DNA of 64,000 nucleotides from a virus (IMGVR_UViG_2974651877_000001:49761-113760); one strand, 5' to 3'. Positions 52,435-63,130 are shown, numbered from the stretch's first letter. Notes: generated by a model from the letters alone, not told the origin. Made by a program: numbers and translations.

Positions 52435-53208
52435 ATGTCAACTTCATTTAAGAATATGACCCCGGAAGCTAAGCGAGCATATATTCAAAAGGATATCACG
52501 GATGCTCTAGACGAAAGTCTTGAGAACACCCGTAAAGCAGCTCTAAATCAGATGACCCTGATTTCTCAAATCATGCAAGATGTAGAGTTAGAGTCAGGTA
52601 GAGTGCTGCACCCATACACAGACCTTCCTGTTGCAGGGCAGACGTCTTTTGTTGTTCAAGGACTCTCAATCACTAAGACTCAGACAGTAGCTGTGGTAGA
52701 CTTAGCTGATGAAACTATTGAAGACATGAACCCTATGGTAGGTCCTCGTGATTGTCTAACCACTTTGCTAGGTCAAGTACTGGCTAAAGACATGGAGAAG
52801 AACTTCGTAGACGCTGTTAGAGCCGACGCAACTATTCCAGCTGCTCCCGGCGGAGCAGCTACCTGGGCAGGTTTAAAAGCAATTATTGCAGATATGGGTC
52901 CTAACGTGTTTAATACCGTAGGACCAATTATCTTCGCCGTTAGCTTAACTGACTACCTAGACCTTATTAGTACAGATGCCCTTAGCGACGCCAAGGACTT
53001 CTTAGATAAGAAAATTCGAATTGTAACCTCTGAGCATTTAGCAGCGGGTGAAGTACTGGCCTACCACACTCACGGAGTAGCTGGAGGGTTCACGCCACTA
53101 ACTATCGGATTCGAAAGGGAAGGCGGAAAACAAAACACTGCACTAATCGGCGGTTATAGTTACGGGTACGCTTGGGATACTAAATACATCCGATTCGTAA
53201 CGGCTTAA
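52435..53208 (+). CDS. HK97-fold capsid-like protein lacking a scaffolding domain
   Basis: Collinear motif similarity to the MCP in this window (see findings); AAGGA RBS. Confidence 0.7.
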   Translation: MSTSFKNMTPEAKRAYIQKDITDALDESLENTRKAALNQMTLISQIMQDVELESGRVLHPYTDLPVAGQTSFVVQGLSITKTQTVAVVDLADETIEDMNPMVGPRDCLTTLLGQVLAKDMEKNFVDAVRADATIPAAPGGAATWAGLKAIIADMGPNVFNTVGPIIFAVSLTDYLDLISTDALSDAKDFLDKKIRIVTSEHLAAGEVLAYHTHGVAGGFTPLTIGFEREGGKQNTALIGGYSYGYAWDTKYIRFVTA

Positions 53209-53215
53209 TTATATT

Positions 53216-53239
53216 AGCGGCCTTAGTGCCGCTATTTTT
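53216..53239 (+). terminator. terminator after the capsid-like gene
   Basis: TAGCGGC-CTTAGT-GCCGCTATTTTT. Confidence 0.75.
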
Positions 53240-53250
53240 ATAGGTAAAAT

Positions 53251-56200
53251 ATGGCAGATAACAAATCAGTACAGGAATTGATGATTCAGGTACGCAGACG
53301 TGGTATAAAGCCCGCCACTAAAGAGGTAGAGGCTTTAAGTGAAGCATTGAATGATGCTGCTATATTCACGGATGACCTTAATAAAAGCCTCTCCAGCATA
53401 AAAGTTCCTGCGTCCATGACTTCCCTAACAGGCTCTTTCGAGAAGTTCAACGATGTACTAGAGTATATAGAATCGAACACTTTTAAAGCCTCCGAAACCT
53501 TAGACGCTGTACTAGACCAGCTAGGCGAGAACGCAGACGCTGCACGTGCAGATATCTTGGGGTTATCCGAAGAAGTGCAAGACCTTAACAGGAACTCCGT
53601 AGCAACCGGCAATGCAGTTCAGAAACTAGATACCAATGTTAGAGGTGTTGGCGAGTCTTTCGAGCAAACAGAGGGGCAAGCTAGACGTGTAAATAACCGA
53701 TTAAAGGACATTAATAGACAGGGTACTAACTCAGTTAGGACTTTCTCTGATATGGCCAGGTCTTCTAACTCTATTGTAAACGCTTACGCGCTAGTTGCTG
53801 CTAACGTCTTCGCGGTCACAGAAGCATTTAGACTACTTAACGAGGCAGCCAGCGTAGACCGCCTAGAAGAGGTCTCCGCAGTTATGTCAGGACAGTTAGG
53901 TATTTCCATCATCGGGGTGGCAGAAGCATTGCAAGAAGCTACTGACGGTGCTGTGAGCTACCAAGCAGCCCTTAGACAAGCAGCATCCGCTACAGCATTC
54001 GGCTTCGATACTCAAACTATTTCAGAGTTCGCCACAGTAGCTAGACGTGCTTCTATCGTTCTAGGTGTGGAAATGACCGACGCACTTAACCGTGTGGTAC
54101 GTGGTGTATCAAAAGCGGAAGTGGAACTATTAGACGAACTAGGTATTACTGTTCGACTAAATGAAGCGTTCGCTCAGTACGCAGCAGAACATAACATTGC
54201 AGCTAATAGCCTAAACTCGTTCCAGAGACAACAAGCTTTGGCTAACGAAGTGATACGTAAATCCGAGCAGAACTTAGGTGCGGTAGACTCTAGGTTAGAA
54301 TCTACAGCTTGGGAGAAGTTCGGAGCTAACGTGTCTGGAGCTACTAACAGGTTACTACGCTTAATCTCTACTAATGACATTGTTATTGGTACACTGAACG
54401 AAATCAATGGTGTATTTGAAGCTATTGATAGGTGGGGTCGTGAAGGAGCTGACTCTCTACCAGTAATTGATACACTAAAAGAGGCAAGAGTATCTCCTGG
54501 CTTCATTGACGACATGCTAGCACTGAATGGGCTACTGGAAGAGCAAGAGAAACTAGATAAGCGACTACGTAAAGCTGCTCGTGCAGCCAATAATGCTGCC
54601 CCTGGGCAGGTAGGACCTCTAGAGGATGAAGTACGCGCTCTTAAAGCTGAATACTTACTAGCAACCAGGGCAGTAAACGAGTTTACTGAGTCTATGGGTA
54701 CTAGTAAAGACACCGTTAAGGCTATCGCTCCGGAGATTCAAAACTTAACTACCCTAAGCAGAAGTCTTTCTGGCGGTATCACGGGAATCATTAATGACCT
54801 GACTCCAGAGAAGGGAACGTATGCTGGATTGGCTAACGAAGCGAAGGAAGCCCAAAGGTCTGTAAACCTACTAACTGAGGCGGGAATCTCCCAAAGAGAA
54901 GCCTTAGAGCGACTAAAAATAACTTCCGAGCAATTCTACAAGCTAGATGCAATTCAGGCTTACGCCAAGATTCAAGAGAATCAGACCAAAGAGATGCAAA
55001 AGCAAGAAATGCTTGCAAGGGAGTTGGACGGACTTACAAGCTTCGATGAGGCAGTATTAGTCGCAGAGCAACAGTTAGAAGCTCAAAGAAAAATCAATGA
55101 TGCTGCTACAGCAGTGTTAGGCATCAAAGAAAAAACCACTCAAATGGTTTACGATGAGTGGGTTCTAGAGCAGAAACTAAACGCAGCTCAGGCCAAGTCT
55201 ATTCAGAACAGCTATGAAAAGCTAAGAATCCAGTCCGAATTCGAGAATAGAAACCAAAGTACATTCAGAGAACCTCTGGACTCTACAACAACCCTGCAAA
55301 GAGAACTTAGTCTAGAGATGTCAATCCTAGAGACCATGCAGCGCCAAGAGTTTATCTCCAAGGCGGAAGTAGAGGCTCAGAAGGAAAGAACTAAGGAGCT
55401 AGAGAGACAGTTAATTATCTCCCGCGAGGAGAACTCTAGACGTCTACGTCAGGACAACCAACAGGGAGTTGATAGTACAGTAGCTACTCTAAGCCCTGAA
55501 ATCTCTGACATACAAGGTCAAGTACTTGCGGCAGCAGACGCGTGGGAAGTCTATGGTCAGTCAGCTAAATCAGCAGGGGACTTAGCAGCCGCCTCTGCAA
55601 CTACTACAGCATCCGCATTGAACAGTATATCTAGTGTAATACAGATGGCTGGGCAGGCAGCAGTTGGTAGTATAGATGCAGAGATTGCAGCCCTACAGTC
55701 TAAGGAAAACCTAAGTGAAGCAGAAGAGAAGAAGCTAAAAGAACTGAACAAGAAGAAGATAAAGGAGCAGGAGAAGTACGCTAAGTCTACTATCCTAATC
55801 CAGACAGCAGCAGGTATTGCGTATGCTTTAGGTAGCGCTCCACCTCCGCTAAGCTTCATTAACGCAGGTCTTGTGGCTGTTGCAGGTGCTATGGCATACC
55901 AACAAGCTTCTAACTCAGCAGCTTCTCAGTTAGCAGCTCTTGGTAACTCTACTAACGAAGGTGCCGACCCAACTTCTCTGAAAGTGGGGGAAGCCAACGA
56001 TATGAAAGTGGATGTAAGCTCTTCTGCCTCCGCAGCGGAACGAGCAGAGTCTCTAGGTGACCGTGGTTTCTATGGACGTGCGTCTTCTGGTAATATGTAC
56101 AAGGATAAGTCCTACTTAGTAGGTGAGACAGGTACAGAGGTAGTCACCCCTAAAGTGGATTCAGTGATTACCCCTACAGCTGAGGAAAATGAGAAATCAG

Positions 56201-56343
56201 CAGGAGCTATGGGTAGAGCCCCTACAATCTTACAGATTGAGGCGTTAGACGCAGCATCTATCCTAGATAGGGCTGATGAAATCATTGAGGCGTTAGAAGA
56301 AGGGGCCAACCAGAGTGGTAGGTCTATTGTTCGAGACGCTTAG
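53251..56343 (+). CDS. tape measure protein (pb2-like)
   Basis: YA..AANVFA, DALNRV.RGVSK.E.ELLDELG.T.RL, long coiled coils, hydrophobic C-terminal segment, VGE.G.EV. Confidence 0.93.
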   Translation: MADNKSVQELMIQVRRRGIKPATKEVEALSEALNDAAIFTDDLNKSLSSIKVPASMTSLTGSFEKFNDVLEYIESNTFKASETLDAVLDQLGENADAARADILGLSEEVQDLNRNSVATGNAVQKLDTNVRGVGESFEQTEGQARRVNNRLKDINRQGTNSVRTFSDMARSSNSIVNAYALVAANVFAVTEAFRLLNEAASVDRLEEVSAVMSGQLGISIIGVAEALQEATDGAVSYQAALRQAASATAFGFDTQTISEFATVARRASIVLGVEMTDALNRVVRGVSKAEVELLDELGITVRLNEAFAQYAAEHNIAANSLNSFQRQQALANEVIRKSEQNLGAVDSRLESTAWEKFGANVSGATNRLLRLISTNDIVIGTLNEINGVFEAIDRWGREGADSLPVIDTLKEARVSPGFIDDMLALNGLLEEQEKLDKRLRKAARAANNAAPGQVGPLEDEVRALKAEYLLATRAVNEFTESMGTSKDTVKAIAPEIQNLTTLSRSLSGGITGIINDLTPEKGTYAGLANEAKEAQRSVNLLTEAGISQREALERLKITSEQFYKLDAIQAYAKIQENQTKEMQKQEMLARELDGLTSFDEAVLVAEQQLEAQRKINDAATAVLGIKEKTTQMVYDEWVLEQKLNAAQAKSIQNSYEKLRIQSEFENRNQSTFREPLDSTTTLQRELSLEMSILETMQRQEFISKAEVEAQKERTKELERQLIISREENSRRLRQDNQQGVDSTVATLSPEISDIQGQVLAAADAWEVYGQSAKSAGDLAAASATTTASALNSISSVIQMAGQAAVGSIDAEIAALQSKENLSEAEEKKLKELNKKKIKEQEKYAKSTILIQTAAGIAYALGSAPPPLSFINAGLVAVAGAMAYQQASNSAASQLAALGNSTNEGADPTSLKVGEANDMKVDVSSSASAAERAESLGDRGFYGRASSGNMYKDKSYLVGETGTEVVTPKVDSVITPTAEENEKSAGAMGRAPTILQIEALDAASILDRADEIIEALEEGANQSGRSIVRDA

Positions 56344-56345
56344 TA

Positions 56346-56374
56346 AGAACCCGCCTTTGTGCGGGTTTCTTTTT
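56346..56374 (+). terminator. Rho-independent terminator
   Basis: AACCCGC-CTTTGT-GCGGGTTTCTTTTT. Confidence 0.8.
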
Positions 56375-56392
56375 GTCGGGTAGAAAAATCTC

Positions 56393-56421
56393 TAGACAGT
56401 TTGAGAGGTTTTATATATAAT
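56393..56421 (+). promoter_or_regulatory. late promoter
   Basis: TAGACA-N17-TATAAT. Confidence 0.7.
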
Positions 56422-56480
56422 AAGTATAAAATATATTGACAAATTATCATGGCACAGAGCTTTATAGGAGAATACAAACT

Positions 56481-57104
56481 ATGCGCCTTCCAGACCCTTT
56501 CACGAATGCAGACGCCCCAGGCTTTACAGGTGCCCGTCTTGTAGATAATAACCCTGTAATATACGACGAAATGCCGAACGGTTCTGTACTACGTGTAGAT
56601 GGAGCCGCTCAGTTTTGGTCTTTAGAGTTAACATATCCTGAGCTATTCTATATGGAGTTTGCAGTACTAAGTGCGGCTGTTATGGAAGCTATTAGGGTAG
56701 GCGATACTATAGATGTCCTTCTACCTCAGTACGAAAACTACAGGGTTACAGGAAACCCTAACAGTACGGTCATAACCGCAGGACAAAAAGGCAATCAGAT
56801 AGTTATTCAGAACGCATCAGCACTTAAGGGCAGACCTAATATAGGGGATTTGTTTAAAATAACTGGGCATTCCAAGGTGTACAAAATAACCAGCTACACT
56901 TTGAATAACGCATCTAATAGTATAACTCTAGGGTTGTACCCTAAGTTAGCAAAAATAACTGACGGTACGGAGAAACCTATATTCAATAATATCTTGTTCG
57001 AGATGGTTTTGGTGGATGATACAATCCCTACCGAAGACCTTGACGTGAACGGGATGTATCAAGGATTCGAACTTACTTTAAGGGAGAACGTACATGCCGA
57101 GTAA
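56481..57104 (+). CDS. distal tail protein (pb9-like)
   Basis: MRLPDP.TN, AQ.W...YP, IDV.LPQYE and H.KVYKITS motifs; ATG 56481 after AGGAG. Confidence 0.9.
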   Translation: MRLPDPFTNADAPGFTGARLVDNNPVIYDEMPNGSVLRVDGAAQFWSLELTYPELFYMEFAVLSAAVMEAIRVGDTIDVLLPQYENYRVTGNPNSTVITAGQKGNQIVIQNASALKGRPNIGDLFKITGHSKVYKITSYTLNNASNSITLGLYPKLAKITDGTEKPIFNNILFEMVLVDDTIPTEDLDVNGMYQGFELTLRENVHAE

Positions 57105-59967
57105 GATTACTCAGGCACTAAAAGACTACTTAAACAATAATGATAAGGTACAGCTAGCACATCTAGTTAGAATAGAACTACCAGGAGACTTAGCTAGCTT
57201 TGCCTACTACACTGATTACTCTAGAGAAATCCAGTACGACGGACAAGAGTTCGTCCCTGGTAAGGTCAAGAATATCAGTGATGTTAAGCAGTCTAATAGG
57301 CTTAGTGCCCATAACGTAACAATTAAAATAACCGGTGCATCCTCTGAGGAGGTAGACCGTGCAGTACGCTCACAGCAGTATCTAAATAAGAAGATTTCTA
57401 TATGGAGAGTGGTACTAGACAACACAACCGGTGAGATAATTCCTTACTACGATGATGGAAGTACCCTACTGTTCTTTGAAGGTACCATAACTGAAGTGTC
57501 TATCGATGAGAACCGTTCAGCCACTTCTAGAGGGGAATCTACCATATCATGGAAGTGTGCTAATGAGTTCTATGACTTAGAACGTGTAAATGGTAGATTA
57601 ACGGATGATGAAGCTCACCGAGGTCTTATCGTAGACCAAGACGGAGACGAGGTTCCTTCTAACGCAGCTAAGAGGTTTGAGTATCAGACTGATTTAGGCT
57701 TCTTCCACGCTAACAAGTCAGTAAACATACTAGCTAAGTACCAAGGCCTAGAGCAGGCTTACAAGCTTAAGAAAAAGTCTTCAGGTCTTTTCGGTATTAA
57801 GAAGTCTTACGACCTTGTTGAATACTGGGAAACTGTAGAGAAAGAGGTTGACATGAGATTCAACCTTGCAGCAAAGAACATCCCTACTATTTACGGGGTT
57901 CAAAAGACCCAAGGTATTCCGGTATTCGCTGACACACTACTAGACGACCCTTCTACTGTATACGTAGTGTACGCATTTTGTGAGGGAGAGATAGACGGAT
58001 TCCTAGATATATGGATGGAAGATAAGCCTTTAGTGTGTAATGACACTAACGATGCTGATGAGCGAGCTTGTTTTGGTGTAAAAAGAGGTAATGGAGACAC
58101 TATTTCTGTTGCTACACCTACCCAAGACCCTACAGCGCCTTCTGTACATGGTCAAGAATACATCGTTCAGGATGGCTTAGGGCAAGTAAGCTTCTGGACA
58201 TTCCATGGTAAAAGAGACCAGACAGCATGCTCTAAGTTAGTAGACATAGCTGCCGACGGAAATTTCTACCTACAGAATAACGGACCAACCCCTATGGGGC
58301 CAGAGTACTGGGACAACAGATACCGTTTGCTAGACACAGCCTACGTGGTAGCTGAGTTTAAGATAACTGACCAAAGAACAGAAATACCTACCATCTACGC
58401 AGAGATACAGGGAAGAAAGGTAGCCGTTTACGACGAAAATGGCTTAGTAAGAGACGACAGAACAAGCACCAATCCAGCATGGCAGATGCTAGACTACTTA
58501 AATAGTCCTATCTTCGGGGCTTCGGTGGGTATGGATAGAATAGACTTAAATACTTTCGTAGAGGTAGCTAACCTACTAGATACTGTAGATAATACTTACG
58601 AGTTATCGTGGGTACCTTTCTGGAGGTACATCGGGTGGGAAGATAACACTAATGAAGCGAATAAGGCTATTTTACAGACCAACCCCCTACTGAACGGAGA
58701 GACGTCACTCTTCAAGAACATGAAGAGTATGTTAGAGCAAGCCGAATCTTCCCTAAACATCATAGAAGGTAAGTATGCATTAACAGTAGAATCGCTAAAA
58801 GACCCTGTGGCCGACTTAACCGAAGCGGACTTAGTGGGTGGGAGACTTCAGGTATCAGATATAACGTCCAAGGAAAAGTACAACACAGTACAGGCAGATA
58901 TTAGAGACCCTGGAATAGGTTGGGAGTCCAACGATATCATCTTCTTTAATGCGGATTTCAAGGCAGAAGACAATCAGCTAGAGAAAAAGGCTAATATATC
59001 GTTCCCTCACGTAACCAACTACTACTGTGCTAGGGCTTTAGCGGAACGTGTTCTTAAGAAGTCTAGATATAACCGAGAAGTGTCTATTACAGTTCCTTAC
59101 AAGTATGTAGACCTGCCAATAAACTCTCCAGTAACCTTAACGTATGAGCGTTTTGGTTGGGACAAGAAGCAATTCCTAATCAGAGAAACTGTGTGGCAGT
59201 CTACTGGTAAGGTTAAACTAAAGCTCAGAGAGTATGAGGACGGTGTCTTTATTAACTCGCCTCAGTCAGATATAGGAGACTCTCAGATACCTGAGATAGG
59301 TACCAAAGTACTTCCGCCTAGAGACCTAAACTATAGACCTTCCATTCCTGGAGACCCTGAGGGAGTGAATGGATATCTAAGATGGCTTCCTAGTTTCTCT
59401 CCTGATGTAACGTACTACGCAATCAACTATACTGGAGTAGCTTCGACTATTACAGTCAACGCCTCTTCCACAGATGAACCTAGCACGTATATAGAGCTCC
59501 CTATAGACACTATTACTGAGGATAGGATTTACACTTTCGAAGTCCGAGCGGTAGCAGGTAATAAAGGATTATCTTCCTCCCCAGCTATTCTCTCCTTGCA
59601 ACTAGGCCCTGACGGTACCAAGAACCTTACTATGGTGACGGGATTTGACCTAGTGAACAACATCACAGGAGATGAGACAGTATGGAAAGGTGCGGAGGTT
59701 AGCCTACAATGGAATCCGATATTCGAAGAAGACTTCATGGATAATATATATTATAATTTGGAATTTTGGGACGGCGATTTCGACACGGGTGACTTAATTC
59801 GTGCGCTAGAGATACGTAATGCTTATGCTTACATATACGACCTCCCTGCCAATAAATCAGACTACTTAGCTGCTAAAGGTACTAAAGGTATGTTTAGGCA
59901 GTTAGGGGTTAGGATACGAGCAGAATCAGATGACGGAGCTAAATCCGTGGGATGGACAAAAATATGA
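57094..59967 (+). CDS. baseplate hub protein (pb3-like)
   Basis: 957 aa; RVNGR.TDD..HRGL, D.GFFHANKS, P..YGVQK..G.P.FADT; C-terminal FNIII-like domains. Confidence 0.92.
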   Translation: MPSKITQALKDYLNNNDKVQLAHLVRIELPGDLASFAYYTDYSREIQYDGQEFVPGKVKNISDVKQSNRLSAHNVTIKITGASSEEVDRAVRSQQYLNKKISIWRVVLDNTTGEIIPYYDDGSTLLFFEGTITEVSIDENRSATSRGESTISWKCANEFYDLERVNGRLTDDEAHRGLIVDQDGDEVPSNAAKRFEYQTDLGFFHANKSVNILAKYQGLEQAYKLKKKSSGLFGIKKSYDLVEYWETVEKEVDMRFNLAAKNIPTIYGVQKTQGIPVFADTLLDDPSTVYVVYAFCEGEIDGFLDIWMEDKPLVCNDTNDADERACFGVKRGNGDTISVATPTQDPTAPSVHGQEYIVQDGLGQVSFWTFHGKRDQTACSKLVDIAADGNFYLQNNGPTPMGPEYWDNRYRLLDTAYVVAEFKITDQRTEIPTIYAEIQGRKVAVYDENGLVRDDRTSTNPAWQMLDYLNSPIFGASVGMDRIDLNTFVEVANLLDTVDNTYELSWVPFWRYIGWEDNTNEANKAILQTNPLLNGETSLFKNMKSMLEQAESSLNIIEGKYALTVESLKDPVADLTEADLVGGRLQVSDITSKEKYNTVQADIRDPGIGWESNDIIFFNADFKAEDNQLEKKANISFPHVTNYYCARALAERVLKKSRYNREVSITVPYKYVDLPINSPVTLTYERFGWDKKQFLIRETVWQSTGKVKLKLREYEDGVFINSPQSDIGDSQIPEIGTKVLPPRDLNYRPSIPGDPEGVNGYLRWLPSFSPDVTYYAINYTGVASTITVNASSTDEPSTYIELPIDTITEDRIYTFEVRAVAGNKGLSSSPAILSLQLGPDGTKNLTMVTGFDLVNNITGDETVWKGAEVSLQWNPIFEEDFMDNIYYNLEFWDGDFDTGDLIRALEIRNAYAYIYDLPANKSDYLAAKGTKGMFRQLGVRIRAESDDGAKSVGWTKI

Positions 59968-62900
59968 TTGAAAACACTCAGCCGCTAAAAATGGGTATCA
60001 CTGACGTCTACCCAGGGTATACGGCTATTTACATGCAACACACAGCCTACACGGACGTAGACGTACAGGGAAAAATGGTTTGGGTCAACGGTACGGCCCA
60101 AACTCCTGACGTAAACATTGACAGGTACTATGTATTTGCTGTTGGACTAAATCCAGGCTCTCCGTACAACCTAGAAGCTGCGTACTTTGATGCCATGGTA
60201 GACGCGGAGCTTAGGGCTGAACGTTTTGGTATGGCAATCTCAGACCCCGTGGCTACCGCCACGAGAGCTGAGCCAACTATCAACTCTTATACAATTACAG
60301 CAGAAGAAGTGGATGTAGGTGTCGCCCCTCCCGTTCTTACCTTAGACTTAGATGGAGATGCTGACCTTATAGAAGCCCAGTGGGCTCCTACAGGTACCTC
60401 AGACTGGACTGGGTTCTTCTACGGAGGTTTCCTACAGACTTTAGGAGTGGCCGGCCTACCTATCGGAGTCGCTATAGATGTTCGAATCCGTGGCGTCGTT
60501 AACTTCCCGGATGGTAGCACTAGAGATGTGAGCTCTTGGGATACCTTAGAGAACATAACCCTTAATTGGGGGTTTACTCCACCAGAAAAGGTTAGTAATA
60601 TCACCTTCCAAGTAGCTAAGCTAAAGGAACCAGCAGAAAGATATGATGTAAAAATATCTTGGGACTGGGAGAAGCTAGAAGGAGCTAACGCTAGAGAATT
60701 CGTAGTCTGGAGACTAGACAAAGCCAAATACGACTCTAACAGCGCGTCAGATAAGTGGGCAGGTGCTGAAGTAATTAACGCAGGTACAGCTAAGTCAGTA
60801 GTAGTTACTAACCACCCTTTCGACAGAGAGCAAGTGTACCGAGTAGCTACTACAGCTTGGGGACCGGAATCCGATGACGTCGTCTACGCAGATAATATTA
60901 TATTTAAAATCGACGATACGACGACGATTGATAACTCGTTCACTAATGAGACAGGTATCGACCTAACATACTCCCACATTAGAGGTAGAGTATGGGACGA
61001 CACTAACTCTGTGTGGAAACAGTCTTTTAACGTAGATGCTGCTACAGGTAACGTTACAATAGGTATACTAGACGAGGAAGGGGAAGCCCCGATAAGCTTC
61101 ACATCCGATGGTAACGGTAACGGTACAGTAAACGTTAAGGGCTCAGTAATATCCGAGACTATAAACGCTGCTAACTTCGTGCTAACTAACTTAAACGGTA
61201 CTCAGTCACCTCAGCTGCGTTCCGCTGGTAAGACTGAGTACGGAGACTCTACCGAAGGTATCTGGATGGGGCATGAGATGTCTGGAGGATACAGGTTCAA
61301 GTTTGACTTAGGTAACAGTGCTCAATACATACGTTGGGATGGTGATACTCTAAGGATTTCTGGAGATGTTGCTATAGGCACTCCTCAGGGGGATAGACCT
61401 CTGTACTCTCAAGTAAGGACTATCTATAAGGCCGCATCATCCACCCCAGCTACCCCTAGCCAAACTACTTATCCACCTTCCGGCTGGAATGTTGCACCAC
61501 CTACAGTTCCTTCGGGTCAGTACCTATATATTTCAGTAGGTTTAGTAGATCTTACTACTTCCTTCCTAGTGGATGGGGAGTCCTGGTCAGCTCCTGCCCT
61601 TACTGGTGGTACTGGTGCTCCTGGACAAGATGGTGCTGATGGTACTGATGGGGCAGATGGGCCAGGGTTCTACTCTCAGGCCATATCTGGGTTTAACGGA
61701 ACCTTCCAGTCTAGTACAGCTACTTCGTTCTTCCAGTCTCAATTTGGAAGGCCGCCAGCTAAGTACGATGTACTGACTCAGTACAACCCTAGTAACCCAT
61801 CCATTGCTACAACTAGACAATGGGATACAGCCTCGTCTGGAGCGTGGGGAACAGTAGCCTTAGCAGTACATGGTAACATGGTAGTTGATGGGTCAGTAAC
61901 AGCGGATGCGTTTATAGCAAACACTATCCTAGGTACTAACCTACATATCGGTAATACTGGAGGGGATGGGGTTTATGCTGGTATTCGTGGTAGCCATACA
62001 TTTGGTAGTAGCCTAGCGTTTGCGGCAGGGTATACTTCCACAACAGACAACACACTACCTAACTGGAAGTGGGGAGTTACCTCTAATGGTATTATGTATG
62101 CCAGAAACTCAGCAGGTAGTACTAGAGTCGAGTTAAACCCTGTAACGGACAAGTTCTCTTTCCGTGGAGATATCACAGCTGAGACACTAACACTAACAGG
62201 AGACATACCAGACTCCATCGATAATAGTAACGTAACGACGTCTAGTATCGGAGCCGAAACCCCTTCTGGGGCGCAGGCTAAAGCAAATGCAGCCAAGAAC
62301 GCGGCTATCAGTACCGCAGCATCAGACGCTACATCTAAAGCCAATGCAGCGGAAGCAGCAGCTAACGGATATACTGAGAATAGGATATACCCTAACCAAA
62401 GCTCTACAGTTATTAAATCCGCTAACTACTCCCAAGGTAATGCGGGGTTCTCAATGGACATTAATGGTAACGCAGAGTTTAACAACGTAGTTGTGCGAGG
62501 TACTGGTTACTTCACCGATGGTGTGTTTGATGGTACTGTATACGCAGAGAAGATTGTGGGTGACATAGTTTCCGGACTGGTCAAAAGCAACCCTCCATCA
62601 TCACAGAATAGACCTGGGGGAACTACAGGCTGGATAGACTTATCTACCGTAGTGACAATATCTCATGCTAGACCTTACCCTAGACGCATCCAGTTAGCGT
62701 CCGCGGAAGGGTACGATGCAATACAGTTCATGGCAGAGGTAGAGAGAAACGTTGGGTTCATTCTAACGTTCCAGTTAATAAGCTCCAACGGTACTGTAGT
62801 TTGGGATTCTAGTCAGAGCTTCAGCTCAATAGGCTCCAGTGAGGACAACCTAGTGACTGTATCCTTCCCTAGCGTTAACGGGTATATTCCCGCAAACACG

Positions 62901-63047
62901 CCAGCGGGTAGCTACAAGTTTAGGATAACCTCTAACCACGACATATATCATGCATGGTATATGTACCGCTCACTAGGTACTGCCAGGTACCCTATTACCT
63001 CGCAGTTAGTGGCTTATCTATTCAAAGACTCAGGGGAGTTGTCTTAA
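59964..63047 (+). CDS. central straight tail fibre (pb4-like) with a C-terminal extension
   Basis: FNIII-like N-terminus, ERYDV...WDW, INAANF.LTNL, KFDLGNS..YIRWDG.TLRISG; then collagen-like and J-like tail. Confidence 0.88.
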   Translation: MIENTQPLKMGITDVYPGYTAIYMQHTAYTDVDVQGKMVWVNGTAQTPDVNIDRYYVFAVGLNPGSPYNLEAAYFDAMVDAELRAERFGMAISDPVATATRAEPTINSYTITAEEVDVGVAPPVLTLDLDGDADLIEAQWAPTGTSDWTGFFYGGFLQTLGVAGLPIGVAIDVRIRGVVNFPDGSTRDVSSWDTLENITLNWGFTPPEKVSNITFQVAKLKEPAERYDVKISWDWEKLEGANAREFVVWRLDKAKYDSNSASDKWAGAEVINAGTAKSVVVTNHPFDREQVYRVATTAWGPESDDVVYADNIIFKIDDTTTIDNSFTNETGIDLTYSHIRGRVWDDTNSVWKQSFNVDAATGNVTIGILDEEGEAPISFTSDGNGNGTVNVKGSVISETINAANFVLTNLNGTQSPQLRSAGKTEYGDSTEGIWMGHEMSGGYRFKFDLGNSAQYIRWDGDTLRISGDVAIGTPQGDRPLYSQVRTIYKAASSTPATPSQTTYPPSGWNVAPPTVPSGQYLYISVGLVDLTTSFLVDGESWSAPALTGGTGAPGQDGADGTDGADGPGFYSQAISGFNGTFQSSTATSFFQSQFGRPPAKYDVLTQYNPSNPSIATTRQWDTASSGAWGTVALAVHGNMVVDGSVTADAFIANTILGTNLHIGNTGGDGVYAGIRGSHTFGSSLAFAAGYTSTTDNTLPNWKWGVTSNGIMYARNSAGSTRVELNPVTDKFSFRGDITAETLTLTGDIPDSIDNSNVTTSSIGAETPSGAQAKANAAKNAAISTAASDATSKANAAEAAANGYTENRIYPNQSSTVIKSANYSQGNAGFSMDINGNAEFNNVVVRGTGYFTDGVFDGTVYAEKIVGDIVSGLVKSNPPSSQNRPGGTTGWIDLSTVVTISHARPYPRRIQLASAEGYDAIQFMAEVERNVGFILTFQLISSNGTVVWDSSQSFSSIGSSEDNLVTVSFPSVNGYIPANTPAGSYKFRITSNHDIYHAWYMYRSLGTARYPITSQLVAYLFKDSGELS

Positions 63048-63053
63048 CAAGGT

Positions 63054-63076
63054 AGGAGCTTCGGCTCCTATTTTTT
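63054..63076 (+). terminator. Rho-independent terminator
   Basis: TAGGAGC-TTCG-GCTCCTATTTTTT. Confidence 0.9.
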
Positions 63077-63101
63077 ATTTATGCTACTCTAAAAAATTTT
63101 C

Positions 63102-63130
63102 GTGACAAATCTAAAAAACCATACTATAAT
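63102..63130 (+). promoter_or_regulatory. late promoter
   Basis: GTGACA-N17-TATAAT. Confidence 0.65.
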
